This document shows positions 14,957 through 22,057 of a stretch of 55,973 nucleotides of DNA, one piece after another. Both the position numbers and the translations under genes were made by a program. Numbering within the stretch: the stretch's first letter is position 1; every line of letters starts with the position of its first letter. The notes beneath the pieces are model-generated. The model was not told where the DNA came from and did no database searches. It saw only the letters and a program-made list of their open reading frames with translations. This DNA comes from an uncultured archaeon (GTDB lineage Archaea; Altiarchaeota; Altiarchaeia; JAFGQM01), in assembly GCA_964540655.1 (NCBI GenBank), contig CAZINR010000002.1, forward strand, positions 1,736 through 57,708, read 5' to 3'.

Positions 14957-15643
14957 ATGACCAACAAGATACGCGTCAATTTCTACATAGATGGCTTCAA
15001 CGTTTATCACAGATTAAAGGACTACACCGAAAAGGCTGGTATTTGCTACAACTGGCTCGATTACAAAAGCCTGCTCAGTTCTCTACTCAAAGAGGGCGAG
15101 GAACTGGGCGAGATCTATTTCTTCACGGCCATATCTCAAAGGCACGGCGCTGACTCGGTTGTCAGACACAACAAATACGTCACCGCCCTAGAAGCCACTG
15201 GCGTTAATGTAGTCAAGGGCTATTTTACCAAGAAATACCGCAAGTGTAAGGTCAGGAGTTGCACTTATAAGGGCTTTAAGGAGTATCCTGACGAAGAAGA
15301 AAAAGAGACTGATGTCAAGATTGCTGTCCAAATGCTGAAAGATGCGGTAAATGATAAATTTGACAGATGTTTCCTGATGTCGGGCGATAATGATTTCGGC
15401 CCCGTTCTATTAGCGATTAAGGAATTGCGTCCAGACAAACAGGTCGGTTTGATAACGCCTCCTTTTGAACCCGGTATAGTGGACCTGATTAAGATGAGTG
15501 GGTTGAAAAAGGCATGTAGCGAGTGCAAAGGCCCGAGAATAAAAATGACGTTTGATAGACTTAAGGGGCATTCTTTGCCAAAGGAGGTAACAATTCCTGG
15601 AAAGCCGCCTGTCAAGATGCCAAAGGGTTATCGTACTTTTTAA
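14957..15643 (+). CDS. NYN-domain (LabA-like) putative RNase
   Basis: ATG at 14957. The N-terminus RVNFYIDGFNVYH and the later SGDNDF are the acidic motifs of NYN/LabA-like PIN-fold proteins. Confidence 0.65.
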   Translation: MTNKIRVNFYIDGFNVYHRLKDYTEKAGICYNWLDYKSLLSSLLKEGEELGEIYFFTAISQRHGADSVVRHNKYVTALEATGVNVVKGYFTKKYRKCKVRSCTYKGFKEYPDEEEKETDVKIAVQMLKDAVNDKFDRCFLMSGDNDFGPVLLAIKELRPDKQVGLITPPFEPGIVDLIKMSGLKKACSECKGPRIKMTFDRLKGHSLPKEVTIPGKPPVKMPKGYRTF

Positions 15644-15950
15644 CCGGTCGGCGGTCAGGAGGACCCAAGACTGAAGACCGCAGACCCTTTTCGCCCAAAG
15701 GCGAAAAGTAAAATCCCGCCTCCCGGAATCCAGGCGCGAAGCGCCTGTTCTCAGTTTTCTGTTTTGGGTCACTAGGTTCATCTGCGATGAACCTGTGCGC
15801 AACTGCCTTGCGGGCAGTTCGCGTTTCCCCAGGTTCCCAGTTCACGAGATTCGCCTTTAGCGAATCTGTGCACAGGTTCTCGGAGAGAACCTCGTGCTCT
15901 GCCGGAACCATCTCGGAAACACCTAGAGCGTAAGGAAAGCACAAAGAAAA
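15641..15950 (+). repeat. junction repeat JY6
   Basis: The taaccggtcggcgg terminus contains the NYN stop codon. Hairpin cttttcgcc/ggcgaaaag. Core at 15714-15727. Hairpin aggcgc-gaa-gcgcct at 15732-15746. Double-modules at 15770-15823 and 15843-15896. A-box. Confidence 0.85.
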
Positions 15951-15983
15951 ACATTTTTATCGACTAAGCCCCTAATATACACT

Positions 15984-16241
15984 ATGGATACACTGAAAGT
16001 CAACATATCCTTTCCGGTAGAGATGTACAAAAACGCCAAACTATTGGTGGACAATGGGTTTTATGGCTCTTTTTCCGAGATGGTTCGTAGTGGGATCAGG
16101 AATGAGATAGATATGCAGAGCCAGATAAATCCCGAATTCGTTGAGTCTATAAAAGTCGCTGAAGCTAGCGGATATAAAGACTACAAAACTGGGGAGGACA
16201 TGATTAGAGATCTCCACAAGGCCGCCAAGGAGAAGCGATGA
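15984..16241 (+). CDS. ribbon-helix-helix (CopG-like) antitoxin
   Basis: MDTLKVNISFPVEMYKNAKLLVDNGFYGSFSEMVRSGIRNE is a paralogue of the ORF at 25523-25789. ATGA overlap with the toxin. Confidence 0.6.
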   Translation: MDTLKVNISFPVEMYKNAKLLVDNGFYGSFSEMVRSGIRNEIDMQSQINPEFVESIKVAEASGYKDYKTGEDMIRDLHKAAKEKR

Positions 16242-16519
16242 TAGGCAACAAGGAATACAAGCCAAAACGCTCTAAATACTTCGAGAAGGATTATGTCTCG
16301 CTTGTGAGAAAGAACAGAGGTTTGCAAGAAAGACTTGACAAGAAGATACTGCAGATACTCGGGATGCCTGAGGTTTACAAGAACCTGAAGAAGCCCTTAC
16401 AGAGGTACAAAGCCGCGCATGTCGACCCATTTGTCATCACCTTCAGGATAGACGGGGATTATGTGAGGTTTGTCAGGGTTGCACACCATGATGTGGTTTA
16501 TGGGCTTCCACACGATTAG
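16238..16519 (+). CDS. RelE/ParE-superfamily toxin (HHD-type C-terminus)
   Basis: 93 aa; FVITFRIDGDYVRFVRVAHHDVVYG; coupled to the RHH gene. Confidence 0.6.
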   Translation: MIGNKEYKPKRSKYFEKDYVSLVRKNRGLQERLDKKILQILGMPEVYKNLKKPLQRYKAAHVDPFVITFRIDGDYVRFVRVAHHDVVYGLPHD

Positions 16520-16705
16520 TTCTCAGTTCTCTGTTTTTGCATTCCAACCGGTCGGCGGTCAGGAAGACTCAAGACTGAAGACTGAAAAAGGTCCCGCCTC
16601 CCGGAATGTAGGACCTTCGGCCCTGTCTTCGGTCTTTGTGTGGTTCACTGTCTACGGTCTTGTCTATAGGCCTGACCATTTTGAACACCGGACAGACTAA
16701 CGAAA
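16520..16705 (+). repeat. junction repeat JY7 (short form, no double-modules)
   Basis: ccaaccggtcggcgg plus GAAGAC arm. Core at 16592-16605. Hairpin aggacc-ttc-ggccct at 16610-16624. Terminal box gaccattttgaacacc. Confidence 0.8.
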
Positions 16706-16718
16706 CTATTGACATGAC

Positions 16719-16988
16719 TCATCTGATTCTGCGAAGATGTTTATATGCATTTCCTCTGTAGTCGACCATACGGATGACCAATAGGTCCTCCTTCTTATAA
16801 TAATCGACGAAGAGTCTGTAATCGCCGACGCGAATCTTAAGGAAGTCATAGCCTTTGACCGACTCAAGATATCTCTCCACGCTTTTGCCTATCTTCTGGT
16901 TGACTGTAGTGTAAATACGGTTGGCTATGTGTTTGTCGAGCTTCCTAAGATAATCTCTGGCTTTGGGGTCCCAGATTACGCGACTCAT
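16719..16988 (-). CDS. RelE/ParE toxin
   Basis: 89 aa; KIRVGDYRLFVDYYKKEDLLVIRMVDYRGNAYK is the classical RelE/ParE core. Confidence 0.7.
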   Translation of the reverse strand: MSRVIWDPKARDYLRKLDKHIANRIYTTVNQKIGKSVERYLESVKGYDFLKIRVGDYRLFVDYYKKEDLLVIRMVDYRGNAYKHLRRIR

Positions 16989-17179
16989 CCTCCGAACTCG
17001 GCCTTCATCTCTTCGTTTGAGATGAATTCGTCATTGGGCCTGTTCCTGGATTCCTCCACTCCTTTGACTATGTGGTCTGACAATTCACCCTCTTCGTCCA
17101 GGACTAATCTGATATGCGCAACCTCCTTCTTGAGGCCCATCAACTCTTTATGTATCTGATTCAGAGTCACGTTTTGCAT
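16985..17179 (-). CDS. antitoxin candidate
   Basis: 64 aa with a 4-nt overlap upstream of RelE. Confidence 0.5.
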   Translation of the reverse strand: MQNVTLNQIHKELMGLKKEVAHIRLVLDEEGELSDHIVKGVEESRNRPNDEFISNEEMKAEFGG

Positions 17180-17219
17180 TCTTATCGCATTAAGTTGATA
17201 GTCTAGGGATTAAAATTAA

Positions 17220-17500
17220 GGCTTTCCGTCTTGTCCGGTCGGCGGTCAAGTCGGTCTTCAGTCTTGGGTTTTCAGTCCTCGCTTGGATATCAAAAACCGA
17301 AGACTGTAAACTGTAGACCACTCCCCGAAGGGGAGTAAAATCCCGCCTCCCGGAGGGCCGCTTCGCCCGAAGGTCCCACCGGACCTTGGGCGCAACTTCT
17401 CTTCGAGAAGTTAGCGCGGCTGTCTACGGTCTTCTGTCTAGAGTCTTGGAAAGGTCTTCTGTCTACGGTCTGCGTAGACAGAGCCATTTTGAATCCTGCA
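17220..17500 (+). repeat. junction repeat JY8
   Basis: ccggtcggcgg. An inverted arm copy gtcggtcttcagtcttgggttttcagtcc. Hairpin ctcccc-gaa-ggggag. Core at 17341-17354. Module at 17368-17418, equal to 14571-14621 with 1 difference. Hairpin gtctacg/cgtagac. Box gccattttgaatcc. Confidence 0.8.
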
Positions 17501-17614
17501 CACTTACGATTCTGATATTATAAACCCATGACTAACAAAGGTGGCTGCAGATTGACAATATGGCATTTTTTAACAAGAAAGCCTTATATTAGCGCAAAAT
17601 TTGTAGGTGATAAA

Positions 17615-18313
17615 ATGACCGCGGCCACGAAGGAAATCGGAAAAATCAACAGGATAGGCATAGGCATACCTGAAGTGAACAAGCTGATTGAAGGCGGCAT
17701 ACCGGAATGCTCAATAGTCTTGCTCGCTGGTGAGCCTGGAACTGGAAAGACGATATTTGGCCTCCACTACATATCGGCCGGGGTAAAAGAAGGCGAAAAA
17801 TGTGCTTATGTGGCAATAGAACAAAATCCTGAGGAACTAAAGATACAAGCAAAGATACTCGGAAAGGATGTGGGCCCTGCGGAGTTTATCTCAGCCAAAG
17901 ACATTAAATATGATCTCGGTCTCGGCAAAAAGCCTGAAGACGTTATTGAGAAAATCAAACTCGTTCTTGAGAAGCTACAAAAGCTTAAAGTAAAGAGGGT
18001 AGTTATCGATTCTGTCAGCTCCCTTCAACTGGAGGATGGAATCAAGGCTAGGCTTGTTGTCAAAATGCTCGTGGACGGGTTGAAGAAACTGGGCGCAACC
18101 GCAGTGATTACAGGAGAATCCTTGAACGGAATTTACCCCGATGAGGTCACCCCTTTCCTCGTTGACGGGATGATTGTGCTTAAGAGGACTCACATTGGGA
18201 ACGAAACTCGCCGGGTTTTGGAGGTGATTAAGATGAGGCTTACGGACTGTAACGACTCGCCCCAACAATTTGAGATAACTAAAAAGGGAATTAAGATCAT
18301 TGCGGGCGAATAA
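17615..18313 (+). CDS. KaiC/RecA-superfamily ATPase (single-domain, archaeal KaiC-like)
   Basis: ATG at 17615. Walker A GEPGTGKT, Walker B-like VVIDSVS. The GIPE...VLLAGEPG context is typical of KaiC-like proteins. Confidence 0.7.
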   Translation: MTAATKEIGKINRIGIGIPEVNKLIEGGIPECSIVLLAGEPGTGKTIFGLHYISAGVKEGEKCAYVAIEQNPEELKIQAKILGKDVGPAEFISAKDIKYDLGLGKKPEDVIEKIKLVLEKLQKLKVKRVVIDSVSSLQLEDGIKARLVVKMLVDGLKKLGATAVITGESLNGIYPDEVTPFLVDGMIVLKRTHIGNETRRVLEVIKMRLTDCNDSPQQFEITKKGIKIIAGE

Positions 18314-18342
18314 GCTATACTCGCCCCTCCTTCATTCTTGAA

Positions 18343-19491
18343 ATGGCGGGGCCCGGCAAAGTATTTGAGGACATAAAAGCCAAGATTTACGACAAGTTCA
18401 TTCAATACTTTGTGATAACAAGGGGCGAAGTAATAGACCAACCCGGTTTTATACTCTGTAGATTTACCAGCGGTTCTTATGATATTTCCTTAAGGGAGTT
18501 CGTATTTCCCGAAAGCCTGTTCTGTGAACTTGAAAGCGCCATTGTAAAAAAATACGGGGACAAAGGCAAACAGGCCCTCTATTCTGCCGGAAAGAAATTT
18601 GGCTATAGGTATGCTAAAATTTCCGGCCTTGCCACAATTGCCAAATCTGGAGAGAAAAGATTTAAGAAAGAATTGTATGATGCAGTTAGGTATATGGAGA
18701 CAATTTATGCAGAGGGTATTCGGCATATTGTCGATTTGAAAAAAAGCCTTTTTGAGGCCAGTCTAAACCAATACGTAGTCTGTAGACTGAATGGTTTGGG
18801 GTATCTGCTTACCGAAGGCTCTGTGGCGGGCACTCTTGCGTATATGCTGGATAACAAAGATGTCGAAGGCACACAGATTCAATGCCAGGGGAGAGGGGAC
18901 AAGCTCTGTAAACTCATTTGTGCGCCCAAGCAGTACCTGAAAAACAAAAAAATAGCATTCCTTGAGGAAAATGACTACACAAAACTCGAGCTGAGCATTG
19001 ATTATCCAAGAATGAACGCAGTGCGCCAATGCAAATTTGCTACACAGTCATTCAAATCATTGGTGGATTCGGGATTCTATAAATATGAGCCCGGAGTCGC
19101 TAAATTTGGAAATGAAAGGTATCTTTTTTGCGAATCCAGCATATGGTATCTCATTGAAATTGAGCTGGGTAAATTAGGCGCGAATGGCCTAATATTCGAC
19201 GTTGCATTTGAAACTGGGAAAAAAGTGGGCAAGGAGCATAAGAGATACGGCGCAAAGGGGTTCCTTACGGACTATCTTTCCTCTTTGGGGTATGGAGATG
19301 TCCAGCAACTCAGCGAAAGGGAAGTGTCCATAGACTATTTCCCATGGACCCGCTACGTTGATGAAATACAGTTTGATTTACTTCGGGGGCTTGTTTCAGG
19401 ATTGCTAAGTGGGCTTACTGGAAAAGAGATTAAGCTAAGAAAAGTGGAGTATAGGGAAGATGACGGTTTCCTGAGCATAGCCATTAAATAA
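18343..19491 (+). CDS. hypothetical protein, possibly a tandem V4R-like (4-vinyl-reductase-type) ligand-binding protein
   Basis: 382 aa. CQGRGDKLCKLIC and the surrounding pattern resemble a V4R domain from memory only, so the functional call is weak. Confidence 0.4.
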   Translation: MAGPGKVFEDIKAKIYDKFIQYFVITRGEVIDQPGFILCRFTSGSYDISLREFVFPESLFCELESAIVKKYGDKGKQALYSAGKKFGYRYAKISGLATIAKSGEKRFKKELYDAVRYMETIYAEGIRHIVDLKKSLFEASLNQYVVCRLNGLGYLLTEGSVAGTLAYMLDNKDVEGTQIQCQGRGDKLCKLICAPKQYLKNKKIAFLEENDYTKLELSIDYPRMNAVRQCKFATQSFKSLVDSGFYKYEPGVAKFGNERYLFCESSIWYLIEIELGKLGANGLIFDVAFETGKKVGKEHKRYGAKGFLTDYLSSLGYGDVQQLSEREVSIDYFPWTRYVDEIQFDLLRGLVSGLLSGLTGKEIKLRKVEYREDDGFLSIAIK

Positions 19492-20329
19492 GAAAAACTG
19501 CCGCAAAAAGAAGAACGAAAATATCGACAAGAAGCATAACCTCTATATGTATTCTCCTATATTCCGCCCGGGTGCGTGCCTTCATGAAATTATCAAATAA
19601 GATTATATATGCCGGCAATACTAAGAACCCCAACATAAATTTGGAGGGAAGGGCTCCTGTAAGTATCATAATGAAAAGGGTGAGAAAAAAGACATAGTTA
19701 AGAATCACATAGGTCGTTGGTTTATAATACCTCTTGAGCTTGGGGAGTGTGGAACCGTTTTTATCGCCCTCAACATCTTCAAAATCCTTAATCTGCGAGG
19801 CGATGAAGATATAGGCGCCCATTATCGCTATTACATTCCACTGAAGCGCGCTTATCTGATGGGCGGACACTGCTAAGCCTATGATGGTGCCCAGGGCGCC
19901 CCAGGTAAGCCCCATAACAAGATAGTTTACAAGAAGAACCTCCTTCAGCCTTAGTTTTTCAAATGAATAAAGAACCCCGATTAGCAGGCTTACAAGAACT
20001 GCAGATTGTAAGAGTTGCGTTCCCAAAAAACTAAGAACAATAGAGGCCCCCGCCAAGAAGATGAAAAAAGGGAAAAGCTCTTTTTTTGAAAGATTTTTAT
20101 GGACAAATAAATTTTTCCTGTTTATGGTGTCAACTTCCCAGTCGGCTATCACATTTAATACAGTTATTGAGGAGACTAAAAACCACCATACTGCAAATGC
20201 AAAAGCAATGTTTATAATGGTCAGCGAACCGCCCATAGCCAAACCCAAAATAACAAAGACCGAAAGCAGGAAATTGTGGGGATAAGTCGCAATTAGCAAC
20301 GCCTTTAATTTGCTTATGGGCGAATCCAT
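19484..20329 (-). CDS. UbiA-family aromatic/isoprenoid prenyltransferase (integral membrane)
   Basis: 281 aa, multi-TM. NVIADWEVD and KDFEDVEGD are the two Asp-rich UbiA motifs. Confidence 0.7.
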   Translation of the reverse strand: MDSPISKLKALLIATYPHNFLLSVFVILGLAMGGSLTIINIAFAFAVWWFLVSSITVLNVIADWEVDTINRKNLFVHKNLSKKELFPFFIFLAGASIVLSFLGTQLLQSAVLVSLLIGVLYSFEKLRLKEVLLVNYLVMGLTWGALGTIIGLAVSAHQISALQWNVIAIMGAYIFIASQIKDFEDVEGDKNGSTLPKLKRYYKPTTYVILNYVFFLTLFIMILTGALPSKFMLGFLVLPAYIILFDNFMKARTRAEYRRIHIEVMLLVDIFVLLFAAVFLI

Positions 20330-20419
20330 TGTAGGGGCACTATTTAGTGGGTTGGGAACTAAAAACAGAATTTGATTAAGGTTGCTGGCAAAATATGGTG
20401 CCTTTGATTGGGGCTAGCT

Positions 20420-20505
20420 TTCTCTTGGCTTAGACTGAAAACCTCTCCGGGCAGACCCTGGACTGAAGACCGCAGACCCTTTTCGCCCAAAGGCGAAAAG
20501 TAAAA
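20420..20505 (+). repeat. junction half-repeat JY9 (left arm only) abutting the tRNA-Tyr 3' end
   Basis: agactgaaaacc...ggactgaagaccgcagac, then the hairpin, then gtaaaa. The same left arm occurs in JY2 and JY6. The core here is the functional tRNA 3' end. Confidence 0.8.
20479..20500 (-). terminator. T-tract plus 9-bp hairpin immediately downstream of tRNA-Tyr
   Basis: The minus strand reads ...GGGA TTTTAC CTTTTCGCC TTTG GGCGAAAAG. The same element is copied in JY2 (2354-2375) and JY6. Confidence 0.4.
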
Positions 20506-20616
20506 TCCCGCCTCCCGGATTTGAACCGGGGATCTTCCGGTAACCGTCTTTTCTCAGGCTCTCGCCCGAAAGCAAACTACAGCCAGACGCGTTAAACCAG
20601 ACTACGCTAAGGCGGG
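20506..20616 (-). tRNA. tRNA-Tyr(GTA) with a 35-nt intron at 37/38
   Basis: Manual fold of the minus strand: CCCGCCT-TA-GCGT-AGTCTGGTTTA-ACGC-G-TCTGG-CTGTAG[intron]A-CCGGA-AGATC-CCCGG-TTCAAAT-CCGGG-AGGCGGG-A. C1-G72 is the archaeal/eukaryal Tyr identity pair. No CCA is encoded. Confidence 0.85.
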
Positions 20617-20637
20617 AAAAAGCTCGCTCGAAAGCGC

Positions 20638-20646
20638 GATATATTG
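20638..20646 (-). promoter_or_regulatory. candidate TATA box for tRNA-Tyr
   Basis: The minus strand reads AATATATC about 22-29 nt upstream of tRNA position 1. Confidence 0.35.
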
Positions 20647-20705
20647 CTGATTCTCGGTTAAAAAGCTATTGTTTTTAAGCCTTCTGACTATATTAATTGC
20701 CCAAT

Positions 20706-21653
20706 ATGCCCAAAAAGAAGCCGGAGAAACTCAGGCAGTACCATGGCCCCATAGAGAAGGGTCCCGACGGCAAGTACTATGTTGCGAAGCCGAAGCCAAA
20801 GAAAAAGCCCAAGAAAAAAACCCCCGAGCAGAAGAAGGCCCCCGGCGCCAAATTCGTCCCCCTAACCTTCTCCGAGGGCGGGGTCAGGAGGGGCAGAGAC
20901 CGGGGAGTGCATCTCTCGGATATGCTTGTCGATAAGAGGGTGATGCGCCGCCATTACAAGGACGTTCTGGCGGACAGGGTCTACAACGCTGTCTTCTTCA
21001 ACGGAAAAAAGCTGACCGACCACCCCTGGGAAGGGGATTTCAAGGATTACGTCCGCCGACACCTCGGCAATTACAGGAACTACCGCAAGATGCTGGTAAG
21101 GGCCCTCGTGGCGCGCGAGGTCCTGATGAGGGGCGCCAGCAGCAAGACGGAAGCCGCCGAGCGATTCGGCGACCAGATAAAGACCCAAAGGGCCCGGCTC
21201 GCAGAGATCTCCAGCGCTCTGAGTGATCTAGAAGAGGTCGGCCTGGTGACGACTATAGACGACGTCTTTCATGTCAGCAGGGAATTCCACGCCGACCGCG
21301 CTTCACTGAACTCCCAGGTGCAGGCCGCTAACGAGAGGAAGGGCAGGTTCAAATCCAAGCCCGGGAAGCCCGCGGGCGACATCAGAGCCCGCCGGAGGGC
21401 CGAGCTCAAGAGGCGGGGCCTGCTGCAGCATGTCAGAAAGGTGTCGCCTAAAAAAGCCCTCCACAGGGCCCGCATGTTCGACCTCTACGGCAGAAAAGTC
21501 GAGCCGGACAAGCTCGGATGGAGCGACAGGAGGCTGGTCGCATATCTCGAGGGCATGGAGCTGCCGCCCAAGCAAGGGCTGCATGCGCGCCCCAGGCACA
21601 GGACGCATTTCGGGCCAGGAATGGAGTTCCATGACGAAGGTCCCGAATTCTGA
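20706..21653 (+). CDS. hypothetical highly basic protein (Lys-rich N-terminus, HTH-like middle)
   Basis: ATG at 20706 (MPKKKPEKLRQYHG...). G+C-rich codon usage; no family recognised. Confidence 0.55.
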   Translation: MPKKKPEKLRQYHGPIEKGPDGKYYVAKPKPKKKPKKKTPEQKKAPGAKFVPLTFSEGGVRRGRDRGVHLSDMLVDKRVMRRHYKDVLADRVYNAVFFNGKKLTDHPWEGDFKDYVRRHLGNYRNYRKMLVRALVAREVLMRGASSKTEAAERFGDQIKTQRARLAEISSALSDLEEVGLVTTIDDVFHVSREFHADRASLNSQVQAANERKGRFKSKPGKPAGDIRARRRAELKRRGLLQHVRKVSPKKALHRARMFDLYGRKVEPDKLGWSDRRLVAYLEGMELPPKQGLHARPRHRTHFGPGMEFHDEGPEF

Positions 21654-21685
21654 CCTTTTTTAACTTTAAACTTAACTTAGTGCGA

Positions 21686-22051
21686 ATGCCCCGAGAAGGC
21701 AAACCTCACGGAAAAGGCATCCCAAAAGGCAGGTCTCCCGGCCGCCACGGGGAGGAGTTTGGAAGCAGAGCTCGCGGTTCGAGGGGCAAAAAGCGGCACC
21801 CGTTCCTTGCAGCTGTGGATCGCCTCGAGGCCGGCAGGGGCCTTTCGCCATCCCAGCTGGAAACTGTGAGGGGCATTGCACTCTCGGTCTTCGAATCCCG
21901 GGATCAGCGGCTTCCGGCGGAAGAGGTTTTAGTCCGGCACGGCGTCAGGGACCGACGGAGGCAAAAAGAGGTTCTGACCGTATTGAACGACCTCGGCTTG
22001 CTCAAGAAGGCGCACGGGCATCTGACCATACCCGAGTGGCACCGCGAGTGA
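21686..22051 (+). CDS. hypothetical basic protein
   Basis: ATG at 21686; ORF only. Confidence 0.45.
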   Translation: MPREGKPHGKGIPKGRSPGRHGEEFGSRARGSRGKKRHPFLAAVDRLEAGRGLSPSQLETVRGIALSVFESRDQRLPAEEVLVRHGVRDRRRQKEVLTVLNDLGLLKKAHGHLTIPEWHRE

Positions 22052-22057
22052 TCCTTG

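Larger units (their letters stand above)
1250..20505. mobile_element. tRNA-Tyr-anchored array of 8 gene cassettes separated by junction repeats JY1-JY9; genomic island, possibly extending left to about 300
   Basis: Nine same-orientation copies of the tRNA-Tyr 3' end (tcccgcctcccgga) lie at 1298 (degenerate), 2381, 12368, 13225, 14541, 15714, 16592 and 17341, plus the tRNA itself at 20506. G+C is lower than in the flanks. Cargo is accessory or addiction genes. Confidence 0.75.

Noticed and set aside
1250-20505. The possibility that the repeated units form a CRISPR array.
   Set aside because: The units are 180-370 bp and mosaic. They are separated by 0.5-10 kb of protein-coding DNA rather than by 25-50 bp spacers, and no cas genes are present.
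20669-20935. Alternative-frame 88-aa ORF overlapping the start of the basic protein gene.
   Set aside because: It lies completely within 20706-21653 in another frame with Arg/Gly/Glu-rich shadow composition. The longer frame is preferred.
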